From Nitrospirota bacterium (GTDB lineage: Bacteria; Nitrospirota; Nitrospiria; Nitrospirales; Nitrospiraceae), in assembly GCA_963703955.1 (NCBI GenBank), contig CAVPGK010000017.1, forward strand, positions 64,001 through 128,000: a stretch of DNA of 64,000 nucleotides, in the 5' to 3' direction. Position 1 is the stretch's first letter; the number at the start of each line of letters is the position of its first letter. This document shows positions 38,677 to 48,121 of this stretch, piece after piece. A model generated the notes under the pieces. That model saw only the letters and a list, made by a program, of their open reading frames with translations, was not told the DNA's origin and did not search any database. A program made the position numbers and the translations under genes.

Positions 38677-39975
38677 TCAAAACCGAATCGACTCCACACC
38701 GCTATTCACTTGACCATTAGTTCTCTCGCCCTGCCTCTTGTTCGAATCTTCGATCAAGAACTGCAGTCGCCCATGCGCGTGTCGGAGCGCCGCTTCCACG
38801 TCGGCCGGAGTCGCCGATCGGGCGATCATGAACCCCAAGTAGCGAGTGCCTTCGGGAAGCGGGATCAGCTCATCGCCCAGATCGGCCGTGATCGTCACTT
38901 CCTCGATTCCCGGAACTGACAGCGCTTCATCCCGTCCACGTACCTCGCGGAGCACGCCGGCTCGCGGAATCGGCAGCATCATGACGCCCGCCGCCCTACT
39001 TTCGCGGTCGAGTGCAGGGAGATCCATCCGAACGGCATGGCGTAGAATCAACTCTTCCAGCGACAGGTCTGCGGCGAAGTGAAGGGTTCGCGAGCAGCGC
39101 CCACCGATAGAGCGCGCCGCCACCTCAATCACCCAGACGCCCCGATCATTGATGCGAAGCTCACCATGAATGGGGCCCTCTCTGAGCCCCAGGGCGCGGG
39201 CAGCCTTTTCCGTGCAGCCGGCAAGCTTGAGTTGAACGGTCGGTGAGAGCCGTGACGGGGTCACGTAGATCGTCTCTTCAAAGTACGGGCCGTCAAGCGG
39301 ATCAGGTTTATCGAAGAGGGCAAGTACGCGAAGGGAGCCCGCGGTCAAGAGTCCCTCCAACGCCACTTCCCGCCCCGGCACAAATTCCTCGACAAGGAGT
39401 TGACGACCGGCCTCACTGGCCCTGGCCACTCCTAGGGTATGAAGGAGCGCGACCACACGTCGGAATGCGGCAACAAACTCAGTCCGATCATTCGCCCGGA
39501 TCACCCCGCAACTGGCGGAGAGCACCAAGGGCTTGACCACGCAGGGAAAGGATACCTTCTCGCACAGCGCAACGGGATCATCGAAGATGGAAAACCGGAT
39601 GAAGCGCGGCACCGGCACGCCGTGTTCATGTAAAAGCTCCCGCATCCGGTACTTGTTGCGCGCGGCGGACACCGCCTCCACGGAATTGTGCGGGAGATGC
39701 AAGGCTTCGGACAGGTGAGCCGCAAGGACAGTGGTCTCGTCATCGACACCAAGAACGGCGTGGATCGGATGCGCCTGCGCATACTCGACCACCGCGCTCA
39801 CTGAGCGCTCGGTCTCACTGAAATTCAGCGAGAGCCAATCGAACTGCGGCCGGTCGATCAGGACGGCCGTTCTCTCAAGCCCCAGTGTGAGGTCCAGGCG
39901 GAGTTTGCGGGCCGCTTCAACAAATGCCTCGGCTCGGTACGTAGAAGTGGGCAGCAGAAGCAAGAGCCGAGGCAT
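38677..39975 (-). CDS. ATP-grasp domain protein
   Basis: RNKYRMRE, PCVVKP..SASCGV, VEEFVPG.E, IEVAAR. Confidence 0.9.
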   Translation of the reverse strand: MPRLLLLLPTSTYRAEAFVEAARKLRLDLTLGLERTAVLIDRPQFDWLSLNFSETERSVSAVVEYAQAHPIHAVLGVDDETTVLAAHLSEALHLPHNSVEAVSAARNKYRMRELLHEHGVPVPRFIRFSIFDDPVALCEKVSFPCVVKPLVLSASCGVIRANDRTEFVAAFRRVVALLHTLGVARASEAGRQLLVEEFVPGREVALEGLLTAGSLRVLALFDKPDPLDGPYFEETIYVTPSRLSPTVQLKLAGCTEKAARALGLREGPIHGELRINDRGVWVIEVAARSIGGRCSRTLHFAADLSLEELILRHAVRMDLPALDRESRAAGVMMLPIPRAGVLREVRGRDEALSVPGIEEVTITADLGDELIPLPEGTRYLGFMIARSATPADVEAALRHAHGRLQFLIEDSNKRQGERTNGQVNSGVESIRF

Positions 39976-39979
39976 GGTT

Positions 39980-40678
39980 TTAGGAACTTGCGCGGGCGGC
40001 TCGGTCCCGGTGAAACCTGGCAAGCTTGCGGTTCGCCTCCACAATGGGCGCGAGCTTGCTCACCACCTCGCCGACCTTCGCGCCCGGGATCGCATAATAC
40101 CCTTCATCATCGGCCAGCCCGGTGTACACGCGGTTGCCGATGCAGCCGAAACTGGCAGTGGCTTGTCCGGACTGCAAGGACTCCGGGAGGATCGCACAGG
40201 TCGGGCGTCCCATGGTCGCACCGCCGCTGGCGACCCCGGCGGCTTGCGCCGCTTCGGCAACCAGCATGAGTTGCTTCGCCGTTCCCCGAACCAGAACGAT
40301 GTCCGGTTCGAACGGCGCGTCGGCCAGCGGGGCATAGAGCGCGACCCGAAACGGACTGGACCGGCGGGGGATCATCGGGATTTCTTCCATTTTGATGTAC
40401 TGCATCTGGACCATGGTCTGCACCAGGCCGTTCATCTCTTGGGCTACGCCAGGGGGAAGATTCACCCCATGCGTGTGCGCGCCGACCGGACAGGTGTAGT
40501 GATCCGGGGCCTCGGTATAGAACGCCTTTCCTTCAGCGGCCAGGCGCCAATATCCGCATCCGGCCGGGGCCGCTGACTCTATTCGTTTCAGGTCCTTCGG
40601 TGCCGAGTCGCGGAACGCGATGGCAACGGGGGCCACACGAAGATCCAGGAGCGTTTCCAATTCTGTCGTCAGGCCCAT
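39980..40678 (-). CDS. DUF169-like Cys-containing protein
   Basis: APVAI, CPVG, PTCA, SFGCIGNR. Confidence 0.75.
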   Translation of the reverse strand: MGLTTELETLLDLRVAPVAIAFRDSAPKDLKRIESAAPAGCGYWRLAAEGKAFYTEAPDHYTCPVGAHTHGVNLPPGVAQEMNGLVQTMVQMQYIKMEEIPMIPRRSSPFRVALYAPLADAPFEPDIVLVRGTAKQLMLVAEAAQAAGVASGGATMGRPTCAILPESLQSGQATASFGCIGNRVYTGLADDEGYYAIPGAKVGEVVSKLAPIVEANRKLARFHRDRAARASS

Positions 40679-40744
40679 CTACGTTCTCCTTTGCAAATTG
40701 CGTGAGATTCCTGAGGGCGCCACCGACGCAAGGCGCGGGCAGGA

Positions 40745-42313
40745 TCAGTCTTTCTGTAATCGATGCAACTGAAGCGGCACAAACTGGTCCTTTGTCGGCT
40801 CGGCACAGCAAAACCAGGGCTCGGTTACGCGAGGCGGCCGTTTTCGATCCGAGCGCGGGCTCGCATCCCGAGCGGCCGGCGCGGCTCGGTCCGCGAGTCG
40901 ACACGCGATGGCTCGCAGTCGATGGAAGGTGTCCACGGGATCCTCGTCACACGTCGCCGCGTTCTCCACGGCCGAACTGATTTCTTGGTGGAGTTGGTCC
41001 AGACGGAGATCCGGGTGTGTCCAATGATACTGGAACCCGGCCTGATCCAATGGACCCACGAATGGCTCAATCGGCGCCGGTTGTCCGGATCGGACGAGCA
41101 AGGCGGAGCCGGGAGGAATCAGCAGGCGGATCGAATACTGGACGGGATCGATGGCATCAATCAGATCCTGTGCCTCCACGATATCGAACATCTCCAGGTA
41201 ATCATCCAGCGTGGTCCAGGGCGTAAAGGCAACCAATGACGGTCGCAGGGTGATCCCGGAGCCCCGCAAAATGTCCAGCGCAGCGATCGCATTGGCCCGC
41301 GTGTGTCCCTTGTTGAGGTGTGCGAGCACGACGTCGCTGAAAGATTCCACGGCCGAGATCACGAACAGGCAGCCCAATCCGGCGAATTCAGGGAAGAGCA
41401 CACGACGCTTCAGCAGATGCTCGATCTTCGCCGTGAAATCAAAAGTGAGATGCGGGAACTCCGCATGCATCGCGCGAACGATGCTGAGCGAATGTCCGGG
41501 CCCATTCAAAAAATCCGGGTCGCCGAACGTGATATGAGTCGCGCCGGCCGCCACCTGTTGCCGAATATCTTGCAGCACGATCTCCTCTGGCACCAGAAAG
41601 AAGCGGCCCTCGTAGACCGGCACGATGGGGCAATGGAGGCACGTGTGCAGACAGCCCCGGCTGGCTTCGACGTAACCGACGACGCGTTGCTCGCCGTCAT
41701 GTTCGAGATGCGCATATCGTGTGAGCGACGGGAGATGTCTACGGCTTGCAGCAGGCGCGTTGGTCGGGAACCGTTTGAGCGAGGGGGCTGCAATCCTCCC
41801 GAGTCGGCTCACTCCTTCGAGCTCACGATGCTCATCGCCCTGCTCGATCGACTCGATCAGGGCCACCAAAGGCGGTTCATATTCTCCCCCGATCACCGAA
41901 TCGGCGAAATGTGCGAGCAGGTATTCCGCATTGATCGAAGCATAGAGGCCGTAAAAGCAAATGTGGCAACCGGGATTGATTTCTCGGATCATCGCAGCTA
42001 CACGGACCCCCAAGCGCAAAGCCGTGTGCATGGGCACGGAGATCCCGATGAACCGAGCCCGCGTGATGCGATGGGCATCGAGTTCTTCGACGGCAATGTC
42101 CAACCAACCCGGTGCGTAGCCTGCCTGCTCGAGGAACCCCATCGGTTGAGCAAGACCGATCGGCTGATGCCCGAGCTCATAGCACGAGATCAAGAGGATC
42201 GCACCGGGCCGACGAAGAGAGACCGATTCCCCGCCGTTGACTTGTTTCTGCACCGTGATGAGATCCACGCCTGGCTCCACACTCTCGCTGCCGATTAGAG
42301 CACAGTCTATCAC
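40745..42313 (-). CDS. CUAEP/CCAEP-tail radical SAM protein (Cys form)
   Basis: ISCYELGHQP, RGCLHTCLHC, C-terminal EPWFCCAEP (TGC TGT). Confidence 0.85.
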   Translation of the reverse strand: MIDCALIGSESVEPGVDLITVQKQVNGGESVSLRRPGAILLISCYELGHQPIGLAQPMGFLEQAGYAPGWLDIAVEELDAHRITRARFIGISVPMHTALRLGVRVAAMIREINPGCHICFYGLYASINAEYLLAHFADSVIGGEYEPPLVALIESIEQGDEHRELEGVSRLGRIAAPSLKRFPTNAPAASRRHLPSLTRYAHLEHDGEQRVVGYVEASRGCLHTCLHCPIVPVYEGRFFLVPEEIVLQDIRQQVAAGATHITFGDPDFLNGPGHSLSIVRAMHAEFPHLTFDFTAKIEHLLKRRVLFPEFAGLGCLFVISAVESFSDVVLAHLNKGHTRANAIAALDILRGSGITLRPSLVAFTPWTTLDDYLEMFDIVEAQDLIDAIDPVQYSIRLLIPPGSALLVRSGQPAPIEPFVGPLDQAGFQYHWTHPDLRLDQLHQEISSAVENAATCDEDPVDTFHRLRAIACRLADRAAPAARDASPRSDRKRPPRVTEPWFCCAEPTKDQFVPLQLHRLQKD

Positions 42314-42440
42314 GCTGGCCTACTGAAAAAAACCGAACTCGTCACCAAGGAGCACGTTGCGATCCCGAGGACCGCCTTGCTTCCTGCGCGCGGACTGGTG
42401 TAGACAAACGCCTATCTTTGGCATGGGTTCTCAATTCACG

Positions 42441-42625
42441 AGGAGTCTGTCCGAGTCATCCTTCGTTGCGAGGCGAAGGAGGTACGGGAAGATGCGAGGC
42501 CGCAGGCTCGAAACAACCGGAGGCGTATTCGCTGGAATACGTTGAGGATTGTTTCGGGCCGAGAACGACGCAGATACTCGTAGATCGTTTGCCGCAGTAG
42601 AATGGCATGACTCGGACAGACTCCT
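42441..42625. mobile_element. MITE-like element with perfect 19-bp terminal inverted repeats
   Basis: AGGAGTCTGTCCGAGTCAT ... ATGACTCGGACAGACTCCT; no transposase. Confidence 0.75.
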
Positions 42626-42635
42626 AGGGGGAGGA

Positions 42636-43649
42636 ATGATGAAGCCCGCACTGACACCGGATGGCATTATGCAGCTTGGCATGGGATTCTGGGGTTCGAA
42701 AGCTCTCCTGAGCGCGGTGGAGCTCGGTCTTTTTACGCAGTTGGCCAAGGGGCCGCTGACGGCTGAGGAGTTGCGCGGGCGGCTGAAGCTGCATGAGCGC
42801 AGCGCACGGGATTTCTTCGACGCGTTGGTCGCCTTAGGCATGTTGGAGCGGAAGGACGACAGATATTCAAACACGCCGGAGACCGATCTTTTCTTGGATC
42901 GAGCAAAGGCCACCTACATCGGCGGCATGTTGGAAATGGCCAATGAGCGGCTCTATCCATTCTGGGGTCACCTGACTGAAGGATTGCGCACGGGGCAGCC
43001 GCAGAACGAAGCCAAAGCGGGGCAGAATTTCTTTACCGCGCTCTACGCTGATCCGGTCCGGCTGGACCATTTTCTCAAAGCGATGACCGGCGTCAGCATG
43101 GGCGCGGCTCTGGCGATCGCCAAACAGTTTCCTTGGAAGAACCACCGCACGTTCGTGGACATCGGCGCCGCGCAAGGTAACGTTCCGGTTCAGATTGCGC
43201 TGGCTCATCATCATCTCACCGGGGGCGGCATGGATCTGCCCGTGGTCCGCCCCATCTTCGAGGCGTACGTTCGTACCCATGGTCTTTCTAACCGGCTCAC
43301 TTTCCATGCCGGCGATTTCTTCAAGGACCCGCTTCCGCCGGCAGATGTGTATGTCATGGGACACATTCTGCATGATTGGAATCTGGAGGAAAAACGCTTG
43401 CTGCTCCGAAAGGTCTATGAGGCGCTTCCACCGGGTGGAGCGCTGATCGTGCATGAGGCGATTATCGACGACGAGCGGAAGCGAAATGCCTTTGGACTCC
43501 TCATGAGCGTGAACATGTTGATCGAGACGCCAGGAGGGTTTGACTATACCGGCGCGGACTGCATGGGCTGGATGCGAGAAGCGGGCTTCCGCGAGACGCG
43601 AGTCGAACATCTCATCGGCCCCGATTCGATGGTCGTCGGAATCAAGTAA
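42636..43649 (+). CDS. O-methyltransferase (dimerisation plus Methyltransf_2 domains)
   Basis: [26 protein letters not shown]. Confidence 0.92.
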   Translation: MMKPALTPDGIMQLGMGFWGSKALLSAVELGLFTQLAKGPLTAEELRGRLKLHERSARDFFDALVALGMLERKDDRYSNTPETDLFLDRAKATYIGGMLEMANERLYPFWGHLTEGLRTGQPQNEAKAGQNFFTALYADPVRLDHFLKAMTGVSMGAALAIAKQFPWKNHRTFVDIGAAQGNVPVQIALAHHHLTGGGMDLPVVRPIFEAYVRTHGLSNRLTFHAGDFFKDPLPPADVYVMGHILHDWNLEEKRLLLRKVYEALPPGGALIVHEAIIDDERKRNAFGLLMSVNMLIETPGGFDYTGADCMGWMREAGFRETRVEHLIGPDSMVVGIK

Positions 43650-43725
43650 AAGACAAGTCACTGGCAGGAAGATCACCGGGATCACGCGCGACATTGACCA
43701 ACTTTGCAGCGATAAGGAGGAAGCC

Positions 43726-44793
43726 ATGGCATCGAAGCAGGCGCTCAAGCAATGGACGTTGGACGAACTCATGGCTGAACTGCGGCATCGTGAACGTAGG
43801 ACGCGGGCTGGGCACACACGAATCCTTGCGGCTCCTCGCGTGTCCGCGAGACCGGGACTTGCAACAGTGCCGACACGGGACCTGGTGCATCACGTCCGCG
43901 GCCGACAAAGGGTGGTCTATGGTGTGGATGACCGCAAGGACATCTACCAAGTGAAACGCAAGACGGTCCTGGCGGCGGCGGATGCAGTAGCCGCACTCGT
44001 CAAGGCCTCGGACTTGACCCCGCTTCGCAACGGTAACTGGCGACTCCGGACGACAAGCTACAAGCAGGAATATGACCTCTGCGACAGTGAGCCCTTTGCG
44101 AGCCAGCCGTTGGGTTGTTTCTGCAGCGGGTTTCTCGTGGCGCCGGACATTCTTGCCACGGCCGGGCATTGCGTCAAGAGCACCGCGGATCTGGCAGGGA
44201 TGCGCTTTGTATTCGGCTTTCGGATGAGCAAGGCCGGTTCCGCCACGACTGAGTTCGGCCCTGACGCCGTCTACAAAGGCACCGAGGTGATCGGGAGAAA
44301 GCTGGAGGAAGACCGCGGGTCTGATTGGGCGGTGGTCCGACTTGAGCGTCCCGTCGTGGGGCGCAAGCCACTGAAAGTGAGAAAATCCGGCAAGGTCAAA
44401 GATAGTCAGTCTCTCTTCGTCATCGGTCATCCCAACGGCCTGCCTGCGAAATATGCGGATGGAGCCGCCGTGCGAGATAACAGTCCGAAGCCATTCTTCG
44501 TCGCCAATCTGGATACCTACGGCGGCAATTCCGGATCGCCCGTCTTCAATAAGACGAACGTGAGCGTCGAGGGTATCCTTGTCCGTGGCGAGAACGATTT
44601 CGCCTCGGCAGGAAGCTGCAATCTGTCCCTCGTCTGCCCCAGCACCGGATGCCGCGGCGAAGACGTGACGCGCGCCAGCGAGTGGGTTGGGCAGGTTCAA
44701 AAAGCGAAGGCGCGAGGCCAAAGCGACGGTCCAGGAAACGGTAGCGGTGGCGAGTACTTGTTTGACCTCAGCTTAGGGTTTAGTGGATTCTAG
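43726..44793 (+). CDS. Trypsin-like serine protease with no obvious signal peptide
   Basis: TAGHC, DWAVV, GGNSGSPV catalytic motifs. Confidence 0.88.
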   Translation: MASKQALKQWTLDELMAELRHRERRTRAGHTRILAAPRVSARPGLATVPTRDLVHHVRGRQRVVYGVDDRKDIYQVKRKTVLAAADAVAALVKASDLTPLRNGNWRLRTTSYKQEYDLCDSEPFASQPLGCFCSGFLVAPDILATAGHCVKSTADLAGMRFVFGFRMSKAGSATTEFGPDAVYKGTEVIGRKLEEDRGSDWAVVRLERPVVGRKPLKVRKSGKVKDSQSLFVIGHPNGLPAKYADGAAVRDNSPKPFFVANLDTYGGNSGSPVFNKTNVSVEGILVRGENDFASAGSCNLSLVCPSTGCRGEDVTRASEWVGQVQKAKARGQSDGPGNGSGGEYLFDLSLGFSGF

Positions 44794-45489
44794 AAATTTC
44801 GCTCGGGCAGCCTCTACCGCAGCTAGCATCTCGTCGCGCGTCTTCCCTTCCATGCCGGTCAAGAGGTCGAGCAGCCAGGCACGATGAGCAGCGAGCCTGG
44901 CGGACTTGGCGGAAGTGTCCCCTATGGTGATGTAGATGTTTCCTGCCGCCTGATAGACGTTTCCCTGCACCGTCCACTGTTCCTGGTCGAAGATCGCTCT
45001 GGCGGCTCTCACGACTTCTTGTGGCTCTGTTGAGGCGATGCCGCTCGAGCTTATTGATGACCGCTGCGCGATGCGCAGGATCGACTACGGCGCGCCTTCG
45101 GTTTGCACTGCATCAACGATGTTGGGGATAGCTCGGCAAGCGCGCGCGCGTCGATGCCATGCGCGGCTTTGAGTATGTCGGGAAGCGGAGTGTTATCCAG
45201 CGAGGAGGGGATGATGACTTTCTTTCGGGCAATGGCGGCGCTCCACTACGAGTTCTACGAGATGGGATTGCGGCCGCACTCTTCGACCATGCCAGGAGAA
45301 AAAAAATCGCTTGCTGCGATCGCTTCGCCCAGGCGTTTCGGCCATAGTTGCCCGGCATGCAGATCTGTCTTGTCTCGCCGAAATCGAGATTTTATGGCCA
45401 TGAACTTCTTGGCCGGCTAGAGCCCTGCGCGAGTGGCTGGACAACCTCAAGGTCTGGACGCTGGAATAGCTCAGGAAGATGCTCGGCAT
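44773..45489 (-). pseudogene. Decayed TIR-domain gene
   Basis: MPSIFLSYS start; RLGEAIAASD, FFLLAWSKSAAA and AAIARKKVIIP..LDNTPLP in shifting frames. Confidence 0.65.
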
Positions 45490-45735
45490 GTTCGCTCCTC
45501 TGCACCTTCGGGGAGGATGAGCACTTAGGAGGGCCAAGACCAATACCTCAGATTTCTTTGGCCATCAAGAGAGATGCACGACAGAATGAGACACGAACAC
45601 GAGAAAATGGCAGTCACGGTGGGACTGCGTTCACCACACAGAACCGGCGGGATCGTCCTGGACTTGGACATGCCTGCATCGAGAAGACAGCGTCGCCTCC
45701 TATGGGATAATCGCATCAAGGCAGCATTTCCGAGC

Positions 45736-46171
45736 TTAGATCAACTCGTCTAGCGTCAGGCATCGGATCTCGCTCACTCACGTAGCGCTTTATCGTTTCC
45801 GACAAACGCTGTTCACCGAACGTCAGTGCCGTGGCGACATGGATCGCGTCCGGGTCTGAGGCGATGGCAAGCGCGAAGCTGGCCGCTCTGCGACCTCAAT
45901 CGTCACAGGCGTCCAGACCAATCCAGGATAGGTGGAGACCACGCAAACACCTTCCGGACCAATTCATCGTTCTGGCTGCGATAGGGTTGAACCAGTGTCT
46001 CAAGAAGCGCGATGGTGAAGCCACTGCGACGGTTTGCCGACGTTCGACCCGTTCGAAGAATGAAGTGCACCAGGGTGCGTAACGAGGATGGTCTTGAATG
46101 AAGTAGATGAGAACGTTGGTGTCGATGCCGAGTCGTGGGTGCTGAGCAAAAAAGGTCGGGGCTACCGCCAC
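45736..46171 (-). pseudogene. PIN/VapC toxin with multiple frameshifts
   Basis: IDTNVLIY, TIALLETLVQP and PDAIHVATA in different frames. Confidence 0.75.
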
Positions 46172-46383
46172 GAATCCCGCTCTCTCTTGACGTAACCGGA
46201 GGCATAGATGCCCTTCCCCAAGCCCCGAAGAGCCCGCGCGTAGCTCTTGGGTTTCGGCATCACAACGGTGACGCCCCCCTTCACGACTACCAGCAATTCG
46301 TCACCGCCCTTGATATGCATCGCCTCTCTTGCCTCTTTGGGAATCACGATCTGATTTTTGCTGCTCAGCCTCTGGATACCCAT
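46162..46383 (-). CDS. AbrB/MazE-type antitoxin
   Basis: LSSKNQIVIPKEARE.MHIKGGDEL; overlaps the PIN gene start. Confidence 0.88.
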   Translation of the reverse strand: MGIQRLSSKNQIVIPKEAREAMHIKGGDELLVVVKGGVTVVMPKPKSYARALRGLGKGIYASGYVKRERDSWR

Positions 46384-46475
46384 GTGACGACCTCCGTGAT
46401 GAGCTTTACGATATCACGAAAAAGTAAAGCGCACAACTCGGCAGGCTCATCCGCCACGCCCGGGTCAACGATCTT

Positions 46476-47795
46476 TCAGGAGGTGGCGACCTCGTCAGAG
46501 GGCATCAGTTGATGTTCATGAATGTGTCGTCGGATGGCCGGCAGGGCTTTCCAAAGCAACCACGCCGTGATCAGGGTGATGATCCCGCCGCACACGACGA
46601 TCACCGGCGCCGGGAAATAGGTCGCCCCGACTCCCGCCACCAGGCTGCCGAAGATCGTTGAGCCTAGCGACAGGGATGCGAAGAGACTCACGACCCGCCC
46701 GCGCAGGGCATCGGGCACGAGGCTCTGTAACAGGATGTTGATGCCGGCGAGGCTACTGACCATGCCGAACCCGATGGCGATCATCGCCAGGGCGGACATC
46801 CAAAAGACGGAGCTGGCCGCGAACACCAGGAGTCCGATACCGAACAGCCCGACCGAGCGGGCGATGGATCGTCCCAGCCCCTTCACACTCTGCCGGCGGG
46901 CGTGACGGAGGGCGGCTGCGAGCGCACCGAACCCGCTGCACGCCATCAACACTCCCAGCCCTTCCGGGCCTCCGTGGAGAATATCGCGCGCGAACACCGG
47001 CAAGAGCGTGCTGTACGGCATAGCGGCGATGCTCAAGACCGTCGTCACGGAAAGCACGGCGCGAACATGCGGCGTGTGCCATGCGTAGCGCAGTCCCTCC
47101 TGCAACTGTGTCCACACGTCGCCGGACTCCTGTCGAGATTTCGGTTCGACGCGCATGGCGTACAGGGATCCGAGGATAATCAGAAACGTGGCCGAATTGA
47201 TGAGAAAGCACAGGCCTTCCCCGACGGTGCTCACGAGAATTCCTGCCAAAGACGGCCCGACAATGCGAGCGGCATTGAACAGGGAGGAGTTCAAGCCGAT
47301 GGCGGACGGGATCTCTGATCGTGGGACGAGGTCCGCGACGAACGCTTGCCGAACCGGAATTTCCAGCGCGCTGATGATGCCGAGGACCAACGCCAACCCG
47401 AGAATCCATCCGATGGTAATGACCCCACTCAAGGTCAGCGCCGCGAGCGCGCCGGCCTGCAGGAGCAAGCCGGTCTGCGCCAGGATCATGAGCCGATGGC
47501 GCGGCCAGCGATCGGCCAAGATGCCGCCGATGACGCTCAAGATAAGGATCGGCCCTCGGGCGATGAATTCCACCAACCCGAGCATGAACGGCGAGCCGCT
47601 CAGCCGATAGACCAGCCACGCCAGCGCCATGCTCTGCATCCAGGTTCCGCACAGCGAAAGACCGTGCCCGGTAAAAAACAGGGCATAGTTCCGGTTCGCC
47701 AACGCGCGCCACGGTGAGCGGGTCGCCGCGGATGAGGTTACCCGTGCGGCGGTACCGGGAGTCATCGGCTGTGCGGTTGGCTCAGGAGTGTCCAT
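46476..47795 (-). CDS. MFS transporter
   Basis: GILADRWPR motif A; about 12 TM helices. Confidence 0.92.
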   Translation of the reverse strand: MDTPEPTAQPMTPGTAARVTSSAATRSPWRALANRNYALFFTGHGLSLCGTWMQSMALAWLVYRLSGSPFMLGLVEFIARGPILILSVIGGILADRWPRHRLMILAQTGLLLQAGALAALTLSGVITIGWILGLALVLGIISALEIPVRQAFVADLVPRSEIPSAIGLNSSLFNAARIVGPSLAGILVSTVGEGLCFLINSATFLIILGSLYAMRVEPKSRQESGDVWTQLQEGLRYAWHTPHVRAVLSVTTVLSIAAMPYSTLLPVFARDILHGGPEGLGVLMACSGFGALAAALRHARRQSVKGLGRSIARSVGLFGIGLLVFAASSVFWMSALAMIAIGFGMVSSLAGINILLQSLVPDALRGRVVSLFASLSLGSTIFGSLVAGVGATYFPAPVIVVCGGIITLITAWLLWKALPAIRRHIHEHQLMPSDEVATS

Positions 47796-48121
47796 TGGTC
47801 ATCTGTACCATAACATGGGAAAGAGTCAGGTGCTTGGGTTGAGGGGATGGAGAACGAGGGCAGGCCTCCTCAATGCGATCGAAGCGACCTCGGCTGAAGA
47901 GGTCTCGGCGAGCATCGCTCTAAGCTCGGTTGAGCGAGGATTCGAGGCGGTGCGCCGCACGAAAATGATGTTGGAGCTGCGCCGCTCTTACCACAAATTC
48001 CTCGTCCGCGCCACGGCGCTTCACGTTCGGTCGGTACCCAACAGGGTTGTGAATCAGGTCACGCCTTTGTTATCGTGGGCCGGTCATTACAGGCCTCAAG
48101 GAAACAGAAACAGAGGAGTTT

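Noticed and set aside
40795..40820. Possible selenocysteine recoding in the radical SAM tail
   Set aside because: The codons are TGC TGT (Cys-Cys); there is no in-frame TGA
47830..48070. Possible structured element or MITE between the MFS gene and ettA
   Set aside because: No clear terminal repeats and no second copy in the window
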